From Bacilli bacterium (GTDB taxonomy: Bacteria > Bacillota_I > Bacilli_A > RF39 > UBA660), in contig JAAWGF010000005.1 of the NCBI GenBank assembly GCA_022795155.1, positions 1 to 63,132 of the forward strand: a stretch of 63,132 nucleotides of DNA, in the 5' to 3' direction. Below are positions 1 through 11,273 of this stretch, one piece after another (position 1 is the first letter of the stretch; each line of letters begins with the position of its first letter). The position numbers and the translations under genes were made by a program. The notes beneath the pieces were generated by a model. That model was not told the origin of the DNA. It did not search any database and saw only the letters and a program-made list of their open reading frames with translations.

Positions 1-1
1 T

Positions 2-238
2 GATGATGAGTATATCGGGATATACACAAAATTATCTAAAAAAGAATTAGAATATAATACTTATATTGCTGAAGCTAAAGAAGAGGGATTTAATAGTGGC
101 TTTAATGATGGTGAAAAATCAGGCGAAAGAAACAAACAATTAGAGATTGCTAAAAATCTTTTAAATCAAAATATAAATATACATGTTATATGTATAGCTA
201 CAGGCCTTACTATAGAAGAAATAGAATCATTAAAATAG
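2..238 (+). CDS. 3' end of an Rpn/PD-(D/E)XK nuclease-family (putative transposase) protein, partial at window edge
   Basis: Frame 2 reads ...EAKEEGFNSGFNDGEKSGERNKQLEIAKNLLNQNINIHVICIATGLTIEEIESLK*, the typical Rpn C-terminal G-repeat plus IAKNLL...TGL..EEI tail. Confidence 0.75.
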   Translation, partial: DDEYIGIYTKLSKKELEYNTYIAEAKEEGFNSGFNDGEKSGERNKQLEIAKNLLNQNINIHVICIATGLTIEEIESLK

Positions 239-311
239 TGTTTTGACATTTTTAATTAATTATTATTATTGAAGATATTAACAAATGTAATTTGTGTTAT
301 AATATTTATAG

Positions 312-1259
312 GTGAGATATATGATTAAAATATATAAAACTAACACTAATGGTGAAATAGAGAAATTAAAAAAGATAGAGCCTAATAGTTGGATAAATTT
401 GTCAAATCCTAATTTTGATGAAATAAAGGAAGTTATAGAAAAAACCAAAATTTCTGAATCATTATTATTAAAAGTTTTGGATTATGAGGAGTTACCAAGA
501 ATTGAAACGGAAGATAAAGCAACTTTAATTGTTGTTGATGTCCCTTATGTTGAGGATAAAAAAAGTAAAAACAAATATTCAACTGTTCCTGTTGGTATAA
601 TTACAAAAGGAAACTATTTTTTAACGGTTTGTTTGAAGGAGACAGAAATATTTAATGATTTCAAACACAATAAAATAAAGGGTGTTGATACGGCTAAAAA
701 GACAAGATTTATTATTCAATTATTACTTAAAATTGCTAATTTTTATATAAAATATTTAAATTTAATAAATCGTGAAATTGAAAATAAAGAAAAGTCTTTA
801 ATAAAATCAACTTCAAATAAAGAATTGCTTAATTTAATGCATATTCAAAAAAGTTTAGTTTATTTTGTAACTAGTTTAAAGGCTAATGACATCATTTTGG
901 AAAAGTTATCTAAAGGTAATATTATTAATATGTATGAAGAAGATTTAGTTTTGTTAGATGATGCCATGATTGAAAGTAAACAAGGCATAGAAACTGCTAA
1001 TATTTATCGTGAAATTTTAGCTAGTATGTCGGATACTTACGCTAGTATTATTAATAATAATCTTAATGGAATTATGAAATTTTTAGCAGGAATTACGATT
1101 GTTCTTTCCATTCCAACAATGATTTCATCTTTTATGGGGATGAATGTTCCAATGGGAAATTTATCAGATAATCCATTTGCTTTTATAATTATTTTAATTA
1201 TTTCTATTTTGATATCAATTATTATTGCTTTAATTTTAAAGAAGAAGGATATGTTATAA
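312..1259 (+). CDS. corA: CorA-family Mg2+/Co2+ transporter
   Basis: WINL N-terminus, GMN signature (SFMGMNV), two C-terminal TM helices. Confidence 0.9.
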   Translation: MRYMIKIYKTNTNGEIEKLKKIEPNSWINLSNPNFDEIKEVIEKTKISESLLLKVLDYEELPRIETEDKATLIVVDVPYVEDKKSKNKYSTVPVGIITKGNYFLTVCLKETEIFNDFKHNKIKGVDTAKKTRFIIQLLLKIANFYIKYLNLINREIENKEKSLIKSTSNKELLNLMHIQKSLVYFVTSLKANDIILEKLSKGNIINMYEEDLVLLDDAMIESKQGIETANIYREILASMSDTYASIINNNLNGIMKFLAGITIVLSIPTMISSFMGMNVPMGNLSDNPFAFIIILIISILISIIIALILKKKDML

Positions 1260-2203
1260 TGGTTTATTTATTATATGGTACAGAAGAATTTTTAATTAGT
1301 CGAGAAATTAAGAATATTGCTAAAAGTAATAATATAGATGATATTGATGTAAGCTATTATAATTTAGAAAATGATTTGCTTGATAATATTTTAGATGATG
1401 CCTCTATGAATTCATTATTTAGTACAAAAAAGATTATTTTAATTGCTAATGCCTATATATTTACAGGAACAATTAAGAAAAAAGGGCTTAATCATAATAC
1501 TGATTTATTAATTAAATATTTATTTAATCCTAATCCTGATACCATTTTGATATTTACAAATAATGATGAGACAATTGATGATCGTAAAAAAATTGTTAAA
1601 AGTATAAAAAACAATGGAACTGTTAAAGAATTTAATAAATTAAAATCTAATGATAGTTTTATTAAACAAGAATTAGATGATTATGAAATGTCAATTTCAA
1701 CTATTAAAGTATTTAGCGATTATGTCGGAGCAAATTTAGCTATAATAGCATCAGAAATTGAAAAACTAAAATTGTATAAAGGTAATGATAAAAATATTAC
1801 AACTGATGATATTTATAATGTTTGTAGTGAGTTTGTTGATGTGGATTTAAATGAATTAACAAATAGTATTGTCAACAAAAATATTAAACAAGCTCTGAAA
1901 ATATATGAAGAATTAGTTAAACAAGGAGAAGAACCTATTCAAATCATTATCAGATTGGCTAATCAATTTAGAATTATATATCAGGTTAAAGAATTATCTA
2001 AAAAAGGTTACTCTAGTAAAGATATTACAAATATTTTGGGAATTCACCCATATCGTGTTCAAAAGGCTTTAGAAAATTCTTATCAGTTTTCTAGTCAAAA
2101 ATTATTAGATTATTTAAAAAAATTAGCTAAAATTGATGAAGATATTAAAATAGGTGTGACTGATAAAAATATGGCTTTAGAATTATTTATTTTGGAGGTT
2201 TAG
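1259..2203 (+). CDS. holA: DNA polymerase III delta subunit
   Basis: VYLLYGTEEFL start, SEIEKLKLY, LGIHPYRV, D..IK.G motifs. Confidence 0.92.
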   Translation: MVYLLYGTEEFLISREIKNIAKSNNIDDIDVSYYNLENDLLDNILDDASMNSLFSTKKIILIANAYIFTGTIKKKGLNHNTDLLIKYLFNPNPDTILIFTNNDETIDDRKKIVKSIKNNGTVKEFNKLKSNDSFIKQELDDYEMSISTIKVFSDYVGANLAIIASEIEKLKLYKGNDKNITTDDIYNVCSEFVDVDLNELTNSIVNKNIKQALKIYEELVKQGEEPIQIIIRLANQFRIIYQVKELSKKGYSSKDITNILGIHPYRVQKALENSYQFSSQKLLDYLKKLAKIDEDIKIGVTDKNMALELFILEV

Positions 2204-2261
2204 AAATAATCAATATTAACTTATAATAAAAAATACGGTGGTTGTTAAATCACGCGTATTT

Positions 2262-3221
2262 TTATTTGACGATATATTTTAATAATGAATTAGGTTCAGT
2301 ATGATTATTTACAATATCATGAATTAAATTTATAAGTTCATTATTAATGTTTTGTTCTACTAATAATTTTTTGATGGATAATAGAGCATCTAATCCTTCA
2401 ACGGTCGTTTTATTTAAATATTCATCAATTTTATTTTTATCAGTATTTTGGCCAATAAGATATCCTAAAGTAAAATTGCGACTTTTTTTACTACTACATG
2501 TAAGAATGATGTCTCCAATACCACTGGAACAAAAAATAGTATCTTGATTTCCACCAAATTCAACAATTAGATTTTTAGTTTCACTTATAACATTTGTTAA
2601 AAATGAAGCCTTAGTTGATTCAGAAGCATTAATTCCTTCTAGTATGCCACAAGCAATTGCAAATATATTTTTTAAAGTCCCTGAAAGCTCAACACCAATT
2701 ATATCATTAGTGGTTTCAATTTTTATATAATCTGATGGAAAAATATCTTTTACTTCATTCAAATTATTACCAGCTAAAGTTAAAATAATAGTTTCTTTTT
2801 CTATAGTATCTATAGCAAAGCTTGGACCAGACAAAATAGAAATGTTCTTTGTTTTTAATGTATATTCAACAATATCATAAGCAAATTTATTGGTATCGTC
2901 ATTTATGCCTTTAGATGCAATACAGATTTTTGCATTGTTACTTATTTTATTTTTTAATAATTGAATTGTATCTTCAATATAGTTAGTGGGTATTGCAATA
3001 ATTATTAAATCAATATTTTTAATGGCATTATTGATATCGTTTGTAAAATTGATTTTTTTGGATAATTCAATATTAGGAAATAATTTTTCATTTTTATATG
3101 TTTGCTTTAAGTCGTTAATTTCATGCTCAATAATAGAGTAAACTGTTACATTGTTTTTATCAATTAAAATATTGGCTAGGGCTAATCCATAAGCACCAGC
3201 TCCAAGTATTAAAATGTTCAT
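2262..3221 (-). CDS. gpsA: NAD(P)H-dependent glycerol-3-phosphate dehydrogenase
   Basis: GAGAYG Rossmann motif, ASKG, SGPSFA, LKNIFAIACG, GDIILTC...SRN. Confidence 0.93.
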   Translation of the reverse strand: MNILILGAGAYGLALANILIDKNNVTVYSIIEHEINDLKQTYKNEKLFPNIELSKKINFTNDINNAIKNIDLIIIAIPTNYIEDTIQLLKNKISNNAKICIASKGINDDTNKFAYDIVEYTLKTKNISILSGPSFAIDTIEKETIILTLAGNNLNEVKDIFPSDYIKIETTNDIIGVELSGTLKNIFAIACGILEGINASESTKASFLTNVISETKNLIVEFGGNQDTIFCSSGIGDIILTCSSKKSRNFTLGYLIGQNTDKNKIDEYLNKTTVEGLDALLSIKKLLVEQNINNELINLIHDIVNNHTEPNSLLKYIVK

Positions 3222-4429
3222 TTATTTAATTCCTCCAATTTATTTATTATTTCTTTTAATTTTCGTTCATTTATATTATTACCAGGTTGATAATATTTTT
3301 TACCAACTAATTTATCTGGTAAGTATTGCTGTTTGACAAAATGGTTAGGATAGTTATGAGGGTATAAATAGTCTTTAGAATTTGTTTTAATATGATTAGG
3401 TACATTTCCCGTATTCCCAAGCCTTATATCATTTAGAGCAGCATCAATTGCTAAATATGCGCTATTAGATTTTGGTGATAAGGCTAATTCGATAACAATA
3501 TTAGATAGGATAATTTGCGCTTCGGGAAAACCAAGACGTTCACAAGCATTAATAGCAGCGTCTACTTTTGGACCCATAGATGAATTAGCTAAACCAATAT
3601 CTTCATAAGCTATTACTGTCATTCGACGATATATAATGTCCAAATCTTCAGCTTCAATTAATCTAGCTAAATAGTGTAATGCTGCATTAACATCACTACC
3701 ACGAATTGACTTTTGAAAAGCACTAATAGCGTCATAATAGCCATCATCATTTTTATCATGAAAAAAAATTGGTTTGCTATTTATATTTTTAATGATATCG
3801 GTATTGATAATAAAATCATTAGTAGAATAGTAGGCTACTTCTAATAAGTTATAAGCATACCTTAAATCACCACTTGCTAATCTACTTATTAGTTCTATAC
3901 TTTCATCATCAATTTGGATATTTTCTAAGACTTTTTTTTCAATAACCTTTTTTAGACCTTTTTTTATATCATCTGTTTCTAATTCCTTTAATTCAAAAAT
4001 TTGACAACGGCTACGAATCGCTGGATTAATTTTATGATAAGGATTAGATGTTGTCATACCAATTAAAGTTATTAAACCACTTTCCAAATATGGTAAAAGT
4101 AAATCTTGTTTGTCTTTATTAAGACGGTGAATTTCATCCATAATGACGACCATATTTCCGTACATTTTTGCTTCTTCAACAACTATATCAAAATCTTTTT
4201 TATTATTTATAGTCGCATTTAATAAGCGATAACGTAAATTTAATTCTTCAGTTATAGCTGTAGCAATAGTTGTTTTACCAATTCCAGGTTTTCCATATAA
4301 AATCATTGAAAACAGTTTTTTATTATTAACTAAATTTCTTATTATTTTATTTTCGCCAATTAAATGTTGTTGACCGACAATATCATCTAATTTTTTAGGA
4401 CGCATTTTGATTGCTAATGGTTCTGCCAT
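3218..4429 (-). CDS. rarA: Replication-associated recombination protein A (AAA+ ATPase)
   Basis: PLA.KMRP, GKPGIGKTT, DEIHR, SAFQKSIRGSD, EDIGLA; start set at ATG 4429 behind AGGTGA. Confidence 0.93.
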   Translation of the reverse strand: MAEPLAIKMRPKKLDDIVGQQHLIGENKIIRNLVNNKKLFSMILYGKPGIGKTTIATAITEELNLRYRLLNATINNKKDFDIVVEEAKMYGNMVVIMDEIHRLNKDKQDLLLPYLESGLITLIGMTTSNPYHKINPAIRSRCQIFELKELETDDIKKGLKKVIEKKVLENIQIDDESIELISRLASGDLRYAYNLLEVAYYSTNDFIINTDIIKNINSKPIFFHDKNDDGYYDAISAFQKSIRGSDVNAALHYLARLIEAEDLDIIYRRMTVIAYEDIGLANSSMGPKVDAAINACERLGFPEAQIILSNIVIELALSPKSNSAYLAIDAALNDIRLGNTGNVPNHIKTNSKDYLYPHNYPNHFVKQQYLPDKLVGKKYYQPGNNINERKLKEIINKLEELNK

Positions 4430-4810
4430 ATTATCACCTAATAATAATTTTATCAAAAAATGTCTTAAAATTAAAGTTAATTCTAAAATTAATAGTTTTA
4501 ATTATTATTTTCATGATGATTATATTAATGGCATCGAACAGATTAGAAAGGCATATTTTAAAGATATTACCGCATGTTAGTAAGGCTAATTTAATGATTG
4601 GCACTGATACTACTAAAAAGGCTAAAGTATTTTATATACTGGATAATAAAAATATTGCTTTAGAACTTATTATTGAGATAATGGTTTTAAAAGGTCAAAT
4701 GCAAATTATTAATACGTTAGTTAAAAAATGATTATTATACATTATTTATATTATAAATTTATTTTGACATTTTTGCCTATCTGGTTTATAATTATAATGG
4801 TGGAAGGTAT

Positions 4811-5716
4811 ATGAAAACACTTAATTATAGTGATTGGTTTAAACAAGAAGGAAAAGATTTTGTAAATTATTTACTAATAGATAAAAAATATAGTTTGGAT
4901 ACCATTTTTTCATATAAAAATGATTTAGAAAAATTTTTTGTTTTTTTTAAAAGTATGCCGATTAAAAATATTAGTAAAAACAATTTGCGCAATTATCTAA
5001 AATATTTGAATGAATCTGAATTAAGTGAAAAAAGTATCTCGCATAATATTTCGACACTTCGCTCATTTTATAAGTTTTTAGTTGCTGAAAATTATTTAGA
5101 TAATAATTTAATTATGTTTATTGATTTACCTAAAATTCCTAAAACATTACCAAATGTTTTATCAATTGAAGATGTAGATAAATTATTGGATATAAGAGTG
5201 GCTGATAAATATTCTGCACGGAATAAAGCTATGCTTGAATTAATGTATTCTAGTGGACTTAGAATAAGTGAACTTATAAATTTGAGGGTTGTCGATGTTT
5301 CTTTAGATGAAGCTCTTGTAAGAGTTTTAGGAAAAGGTTCAAAAGAAAGAATTATTCCCGTTGGGGATTGTGCACTTAGTTCCTTAAATAGATATATATC
5401 TATTTATAGACAAGATTTATTAAAAAAACAAAGTTCGGATTATTTGTTTTTATCAAGTCGTGGTAGCAAGATGTCTAGGCAAGCGTTCTTTAAAATTATT
5501 AAAGCTATAGCTTTAGAAAAGAATATCAGAACTGAAATTTCACCACATACTTTAAGACATTCATTTGCAACCCATATGTTGAATTATGGGGCTGATTTAA
5601 GAAGTATTCAGGAATTACTAGGACATTCTGATATATCAACAACGCAAATATATACACATATTTCTAAAAATAAAATAAGTGATGATTATAAAAAAAGTCA
5701 TCCACATTCTAATTAA
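4811..5716 (+). CDS. xerD: Chromosomal tyrosine recombinase XerD/RipX
   Basis: SGLRISEL, GKGSKER, HTLRHSFATH, LLGHSDISTTQIY catalytic motifs; directly upstream of phosphopentomutase as in Bacillus ripX-drm. Confidence 0.88.
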   Translation: MKTLNYSDWFKQEGKDFVNYLLIDKKYSLDTIFSYKNDLEKFFVFFKSMPIKNISKNNLRNYLKYLNESELSEKSISHNISTLRSFYKFLVAENYLDNNLIMFIDLPKIPKTLPNVLSIEDVDKLLDIRVADKYSARNKAMLELMYSSGLRISELINLRVVDVSLDEALVRVLGKGSKERIIPVGDCALSSLNRYISIYRQDLLKKQSSDYLFLSSRGSKMSRQAFFKIIKAIALEKNIRTEISPHTLRHSFATHMLNYGADLRSIQELLGHSDISTTQIYTHISKNKISDDYKKSHPHSN

Positions 5717-5740
5717 AAAGAGTAGAAAGAGGAGTTAAGT

Positions 5741-6904
5741 ATGAAATATAAAAGAGTTTTTTTAATTGTTTTAGATTCAGTTGGTGTAGGTTCGGCTAAA
5801 GATTCAGACAAATATGGTGATGGACCATCCAATACACTAGGACATATTATTGAAAAGACTAGTGTTAAATTACCAAATTTACAAAAAATGGGACTTTTAA
5901 ATATTTTAGATTTAAGTGAAGAGAAAACACTTGGTTATTATACAAAGGCGCTTCCTATTAGTAATGGTAAGGACTCTTTAACTGGACATTTAGAACTCAT
6001 GGGTTTAAAAACGGATATTGCGCCCAAAACTTTTACAGAAACAGGATTTCCTAAGGAGTTAATTGAAGCGATTGAATATGAAACAGGACGCCATGTAATT
6101 GGGAATTGTAGTGAGAATGGTGAGAAGATAATTGAACGTCTTGGCGTTGAACATATGAAGACTGGTAATTTAATTATTTATACATCAGCTGATTCGGTTT
6201 TACATATTGCAGCTCATGAATCAATTATTCCTGTTAGAGAATTATATCGTATATGCGAAATTGTTCGTAAATTAACTTTGAACGATGAGTGGCGAATTGG
6301 AAGAATTATCGCTAATCCTTTTGCAGGTAAACCTGGCTCTTTTGTAAGAACTAGCAATCGTCATGATTTTGCTTTGGACCCAAATGAAAAAACAGTTTTG
6401 GATAATTTAAAAGATAAAGGATATGATGTTTTAACAATCGGAAAAATATGTGATATTTTTAATAATCGTGGTATTACAGCAGCAACAAGGACTACAGATA
6501 ATTTAGATGGTATTAAAAAATTGGTTAAATTAATGAAGCTTAATTTTAAAGGCTTAAGTTTTACTAATTTAAATGATTTTGATACTAATTATGGACATCG
6601 AAGAGATGTTGAAGGATATTCTAAATCATTAAGCGAATTTGACAAGTATTTACCTAATATTGTTAATTCGTTAAAACTGGACGATTTGTTAATTATAACC
6701 GCCGATCATGGTAATGATCCCACTTATATTGGAACAGATCATACAAGAGAAAATGTTCCTGTTCTAATCTTTTCTAGAAATTTTAACGGACGTGGTGAGT
6801 TACCATATCTACAATCTTTTGCTGATATTGGAGCGACTATAGCTGATAATTTTGGAGTACAAATGCCTAATATTGGCAAGAGTTTTTTAGAAAAATTAAA
6901 ATAG
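5741..6904 (+). CDS. deoB: Phosphopentomutase
   Basis: LIVLDSVGVG, GKD..TGH, YTSADSV, YGHRRD, TADHGNDP, TDHTRE. Confidence 0.95.
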   Translation: MKYKRVFLIVLDSVGVGSAKDSDKYGDGPSNTLGHIIEKTSVKLPNLQKMGLLNILDLSEEKTLGYYTKALPISNGKDSLTGHLELMGLKTDIAPKTFTETGFPKELIEAIEYETGRHVIGNCSENGEKIIERLGVEHMKTGNLIIYTSADSVLHIAAHESIIPVRELYRICEIVRKLTLNDEWRIGRIIANPFAGKPGSFVRTSNRHDFALDPNEKTVLDNLKDKGYDVLTIGKICDIFNNRGITAATRTTDNLDGIKKLVKLMKLNFKGLSFTNLNDFDTNYGHRRDVEGYSKSLSEFDKYLPNIVNSLKLDDLLIITADHGNDPTYIGTDHTRENVPVLIFSRNFNGRGELPYLQSFADIGATIADNFGVQMPNIGKSFLEKLK

Positions 6905-6971
6905 AATTGGTAAAACTAATTCTTTTTCTTTTCCTTTTTGGTATAATAAGTATATATAGAGGAGTAGTATT

Positions 6972-9074
6972 ATGATTTTAATAATTGCTGAAAAGCCTTC
7001 GTTAGCACGCAATATTGTAGCTGGCATTGGGGCTATGAAAAAAATGGATGGATATTTTGAAAACCAAGATTATATTGTAACTTGGGCTTTTGGGCATTTA
7101 TTTACTTTGTATGATATTGAAGATTATTCGGATAAAAAAATAGAAAATATAAGGTGGAATTTAAATAATATTCCATGTTTTCCCAAAAAATTTATGTTTA
7201 GCCTAAAGAAAGATAATAATAAACAAATTGATAAAGGAATTTTAAAACAATTTAATATTATTAAAGATTTGTGTAACCGAAATGATGTTATTAAAATAGT
7301 TAATGCAGGTGACTCAGATCGTGAAGGTGAAATTATTGTCCGTTTATGTATTGAAAATGCTTTAAAAACAAAAAAAGAATTGTTAAGGCTATGGTTACCT
7401 GATCAAACTCCCGAAACTGTTTGTCAAGGATTAAAAGAAATGAAAAATGAGATTGAATATGATAATTTGGCTAATGAAGGTTTTGCTAGGACCTATATTG
7501 ATTGGCTATATGGTGTTAATTTAACACGATATGCTACTTTAAAAACAGGTACTTTACTTAGAGTAGGAAGGGTTATTGTTCCTATTGTAAAAGCCATTTA
7601 TGATCGTGATAAAAGTATTAAAGAATTTATTCCTGACATTTATTATAGTATTACTTCCGAATCTCAAACTAATGGTGAAATTATTGAGCTAAATTCTAAA
7701 GAAAAATTTGATAAAAATGTATTGGAAGAAGCGAAAAAATTATGTGATAAATATAACCAAGAAAAAGCTATAGTTACTCATAAAAATATAAAAAAAGATA
7801 TATTGTCACCAGGTAAATTATACTCTTTAACTAAATTACAAAATTATTTAGGCAAGAAATATAAAATGCCTATGGATAAGTCTCTTTCAATAGTTCAAAA
7901 ATTATATGAAGAAGGATATTTAACTTATCCAAGAACAAATTCAGAATATTTAGCAACTAATGAAAAAGAAAAAATTAAAAAGATATTAGAAAATTTCTTA
8001 AAATTAAATTACCCAGTTGTATTTAAAGACAAGAAAACTATTTTTGACGATAGCAAAATTGAATCACATTCAGCTCTTACACCGACTTATAAAATACCTG
8101 ATAAATCTAAATTAACTAGTGATGAAGATTTGGTTTATTCAGCTGTTATGAACCGTTTTATTGCGGTATTTTGTAGTGACGAATGTAAAATTGAAAAAAC
8201 AGAGATTAAAATTAAAGTTGGTGATTTAGAAGAATTTGTGCTAAAAGGTAATGTTATTACTCAAAAAGGTTGGACAAAGTATGATGAATATTCAAAAAAT
8301 GATAAAATTTTGCCAAATTTAAATATTAATGATGAGATTAATATAAATTTCGAACCAAAAGAAAAAAAGAAAACACCACCTAAACATTATACAATCGAGA
8401 CTTTAAATAATTACTTAAAAAATCCTTTTAAAGACGATAAAATAAAAGTTGATGATGAATTTGAGGATGATAGTGAAGATTATAAAGCCATTTTTGAGGG
8501 TTTAGAGTTAGGAACAGAGGCAACAAGAACTAGTATAATTGAAAATGCTATTAAAAGTAAATATATTGAATTAAAGAAGGATGTTTATTATATATTACCA
8601 GGCGGCGAATATTTAATTGAATCATTGTTACAAATGAATATCAATATGGATAAATATAAAACGAGTACTTTAGGACAAGGATTGAAAAAAGTTTTTCGTG
8701 GTGAATTAACCATTAATGATGTTGTTGAACTTACAAAAAAGGAAATTAATGAGGTTTTTGATAAACGAAATAATAGTGGAATAAACACTGATACAGGTTT
8801 TTTTAATGATGTTATAGGTATTTGCCCATTGTGTGGCAAAAATGTTGTTAAAACACGTTATAATTATGGTTGTATAGGCTATAAAGATGGTTGCGATTTT
8901 AAAATTAATTTTGTTATTTGCAAAAGAGTCATTTCTAAAAATATGGCTATAGATTTATTAAAAAATAAAAAAACATTTAAAATAAATGGTTTTAAATCAA
9001 AAAATAATAAAGATTTTTCAGGCTATTTAATGTTAGATAATGATGGAAAAGTTAATTTTAGTTTTGATAGTTAA
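6972..9074 (+). CDS. topB: Type IA DNA topoisomerase (Topo III-like) with C-terminal Zn-ribbon repeat
   Basis: IAEKPS, NAGDSDREGE, GRV, LYE.GYLTYPRT, LGTEATR, CPLCG...C...C tail. Confidence 0.85.
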   Translation: MILIIAEKPSLARNIVAGIGAMKKMDGYFENQDYIVTWAFGHLFTLYDIEDYSDKKIENIRWNLNNIPCFPKKFMFSLKKDNNKQIDKGILKQFNIIKDLCNRNDVIKIVNAGDSDREGEIIVRLCIENALKTKKELLRLWLPDQTPETVCQGLKEMKNEIEYDNLANEGFARTYIDWLYGVNLTRYATLKTGTLLRVGRVIVPIVKAIYDRDKSIKEFIPDIYYSITSESQTNGEIIELNSKEKFDKNVLEEAKKLCDKYNQEKAIVTHKNIKKDILSPGKLYSLTKLQNYLGKKYKMPMDKSLSIVQKLYEEGYLTYPRTNSEYLATNEKEKIKKILENFLKLNYPVVFKDKKTIFDDSKIESHSALTPTYKIPDKSKLTSDEDLVYSAVMNRFIAVFCSDECKIEKTEIKIKVGDLEEFVLKGNVITQKGWTKYDEYSKNDKILPNLNINDEININFEPKEKKKTPPKHYTIETLNNYLKNPFKDDKIKVDDEFEDDSEDYKAIFEGLELGTEATRTSIIENAIKSKYIELKKDVYYILPGGEYLIESLLQMNINMDKYKTSTLGQGLKKVFRGELTINDVVELTKKEINEVFDKRNNSGINTDTGFFNDVIGICPLCGKNVVKTRYNYGCIGYKDGCDFKINFVICKRVISKNMAIDLLKNKKTFKINGFKSKNNKDFSGYLMLDNDGKVNFSFDS

Positions 9075-9183
9075 AATATAAAATAATATTTAAATTATGA
9101 ATATTGTTTTGTTTTAATAAAATATTGGTCAAAATGGATTATTTTTGTTACAATATAGATATTTAAGTAAAAGGAGAAGATTT

Positions 9184-9963
9184 ATGATTAAAAAGGAAAA
9201 ACAAAATATTCAAAATAAAGAACCAAAAATGTTAATATCATTTTCTACAATATTAGGAATATTAGGTATTTTGTTATCTGGTTTAGTTATTATATTTCAG
9301 TTTTCAGAATATGTTTATAGAATGCAATGGTTTTACCGTTGGAAAATAAATGAGGTGTTTTTTGTTCAAGATTCTATGAATATCGTAAATAATTTAATGT
9401 ATAGTTGCTTCATATTAGGGGTAATCGTATTTTTATTTATATTGATGTATAGGATTTTAAATACAAAAAAAAGACAAATTAAAAATTTGATAAAATTTTT
9501 AATTTTCTTTGTACCTATATATTCATTACTAAGCATCAAAACTTTTTATAATTATAATTTTAATATGATTTCATATTTTCTTGGAATGTTTATATGTTTA
9601 GTTTTTTTTAAATTCTATATTAAAAAAGTTTCTAAATTTATTAATGTGCTAAAAAATGCAGAACAGAGTTTTATTTTACATATAGAGCTAATCGAAGATT
9701 TATTTATAATTTTTATTATAACTTTTATAATAGTTATTGGATTAGGATTTTTTAATGCTCTTTTTATTAGAGATTATCAAATAATTTCAAATGATAAGAA
9801 TGATTGTAGTGTTATTTTATATTCTACTAAAGATTACTATATAATAGCAAATTGTACAATTGAAGATAATAATTTGATTGTATATAATAATACTCAAAGA
9901 AAAATAAATAATTATAATATTATGTCTCATTGGGAAAATTTTGATAAAATAATAAAAAAATAA
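9184..9963 (+). CDS. Hypothetical multi-pass membrane protein
   Basis: About 5 hydrophobic segments; AGGAG RBS before ATG 9184. Confidence 0.7.
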   Translation: MIKKEKQNIQNKEPKMLISFSTILGILGILLSGLVIIFQFSEYVYRMQWFYRWKINEVFFVQDSMNIVNNLMYSCFILGVIVFLFILMYRILNTKKRQIKNLIKFLIFFVPIYSLLSIKTFYNYNFNMISYFLGMFICLVFFKFYIKKVSKFINVLKNAEQSFILHIELIEDLFIIFIITFIIVIGLGFFNALFIRDYQIISNDKNDCSVILYSTKDYYIIANCTIEDNNLIVYNNTQRKINNYNIMSHWENFDKIIKK

Positions 9964-10020
9964 TTTATGAATAAAAAGTAAATAATTAATTAGCGTTTCA
10001 TATAATTTATTGGTGATAAT

Positions 10021-10782
10021 ATGGACAAAGCTACTTTATATGCTTTTTTATTAACAACAATTGCAGGTTTATCAACTTTGATAGGTAGTATCTTTATTTT
10101 TATTAAAAATCATGATAAGAATAAAATTATTTGTGCTTCTTTAAGTTTTGCAGCAGCGGTTATGATAACTGTCTCATTTACCGATTTAATTCCCGAATCG
10201 CTTAATTTATTTACCAATAAATATGTAACGTTGTTTTCTATTATATTACTACTTGTTGGTATTAATATTGGTTTAATTTTATCGTTTTTAATTGATAAGT
10301 ATTTACCCGATAATAAATTTGGCAAAGATAACAAGTTATATAGGGTAGGAATATTTTCAATGATAGCTATTATATTACATAATATTCCTGAAGGTATGGC
10401 AACATTTATGGCCAGTAATGCTAATATATCTTTAGGAATATCACTTACAATAGCCATTGCGTTACATAATATTCCCGAAGGAATTAGTATTTCTGTTCCA
10501 ATTTATTATGCTACCAATAGTAAATTAAAAGCAATTCTATATACAGCTTTATCTGGTTTATCAGAATTATTTGGGGCAATTATTACTTATTTATTTTTAA
10601 AACCTTTTATAAATGATACAATTATGGGATTATTGTTTGCTATTATTGCTGGTATAATGTTGCATATAGCCATTTACGAACTTTTACCTACCTCTTTAAA
10701 ATATAATAATAAAAAGATGACAATAATTTTATTTTCTATTGGTATTGTCTTTATGTTGACAAATCACTTTCTTTTTAATTAG
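10021..10782 (+). CDS. zupT: ZIP-family metal transporter (ZupT-like)
   Basis: Two HNIPEG motifs, AGLSTLIG N-terminus, ELLP. Confidence 0.88.
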   Translation: MDKATLYAFLLTTIAGLSTLIGSIFIFIKNHDKNKIICASLSFAAAVMITVSFTDLIPESLNLFTNKYVTLFSIILLLVGINIGLILSFLIDKYLPDNKFGKDNKLYRVGIFSMIAIILHNIPEGMATFMASNANISLGISLTIAIALHNIPEGISISVPIYYATNSKLKAILYTALSGLSELFGAIITYLFLKPFINDTIMGLLFAIIAGIMLHIAIYELLPTSLKYNNKKMTIILFSIGIVFMLTNHFLFN

Positions 10783-10812
10783 AATAGGTATAGAATAGAG
10801 TAGGTGAGTGGT

Positions 10813-11070
10813 ATGGAAAGAATTTTTAAATATAATCCTAAAGGCGTATGTTCAAGAGAAATGTTATTTATAATCGATAATGATATTATAAGAAAAGTTG
10901 AAATTACTGGCGGATGTCATGGTAATTCCCAAGGTATTGCTAGTTTATGTATTGATAGAAATATTAATGATGTAATTAAAATTTTAAAAAATATTAAATG
11001 TGGAAATAAAAATACATCATGTCCAGATCAAATAGCTATTGCTTTAGAACAGTATAAATTATCTAAATAA
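10813..11070 (+). CDS. TSCPD-domain protein (TIGR03905-like)
   Basis: PKGVCS, GGCHGN, CG.K.TSCPDQ. Confidence 0.88.
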   Translation: MERIFKYNPKGVCSREMLFIIDNDIIRKVEITGGCHGNSQGIASLCIDRNINDVIKILKNIKCGNKNTSCPDQIAIALEQYKLSK

Positions 11071-11099
11071 AAGAGACATAAAATGTCTCTTTATTTGGG

Positions 11100-11273
11100 T
11101 TATCTACAATCTGTATTTTCAAAATTGTTGCTTTTACTATCAGTAATATTATTATTTGATTCGTTAGTAAATCCAACGTCATTACTTTTAGCATTACTGT
11201 TAGCATTATTACTAATACGATTATTACTTTTATTAGTAATGTTAGCATTTGATTGTGCATTATTTTTTTTCAT
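11100..11273 (-). CDS. Small Asn/Ser-rich hydrophilic protein; possible gamma-type SASP analogue
   Basis: MKKNNAQSNANITNKSNN...DVGFTNES; GGGTGA RBS; composition resembles SspE-type proteins (inference). Confidence 0.5.
   Translation of the reverse strand: MKKNNAQSNANITNKSNNRISNNANSNAKSNDVGFTNESNNNITDSKSNNFENTDCR

Noticed and set aside
4411..4731. 106-aa + strand ORF between rarA and xerD
   Set aside because: Overlaps the rarA start and promoter, has no RBS or motif; likely spurious or a decayed fragment.
4811..5716. Tyrosine recombinase as the prophage's own integrase
   Set aside because: Lies outside the att repeats in the conserved xerD-deoB context; it is the host enzyme.
4811..5716. 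Arg codon reassignment (CGG or AGG) as reported for some uncultured Bacilli
   Set aside because: CGG and AGG occupy conserved Arg positions in XerD (ARNKAML, MSRQ), consistent with the standard code.
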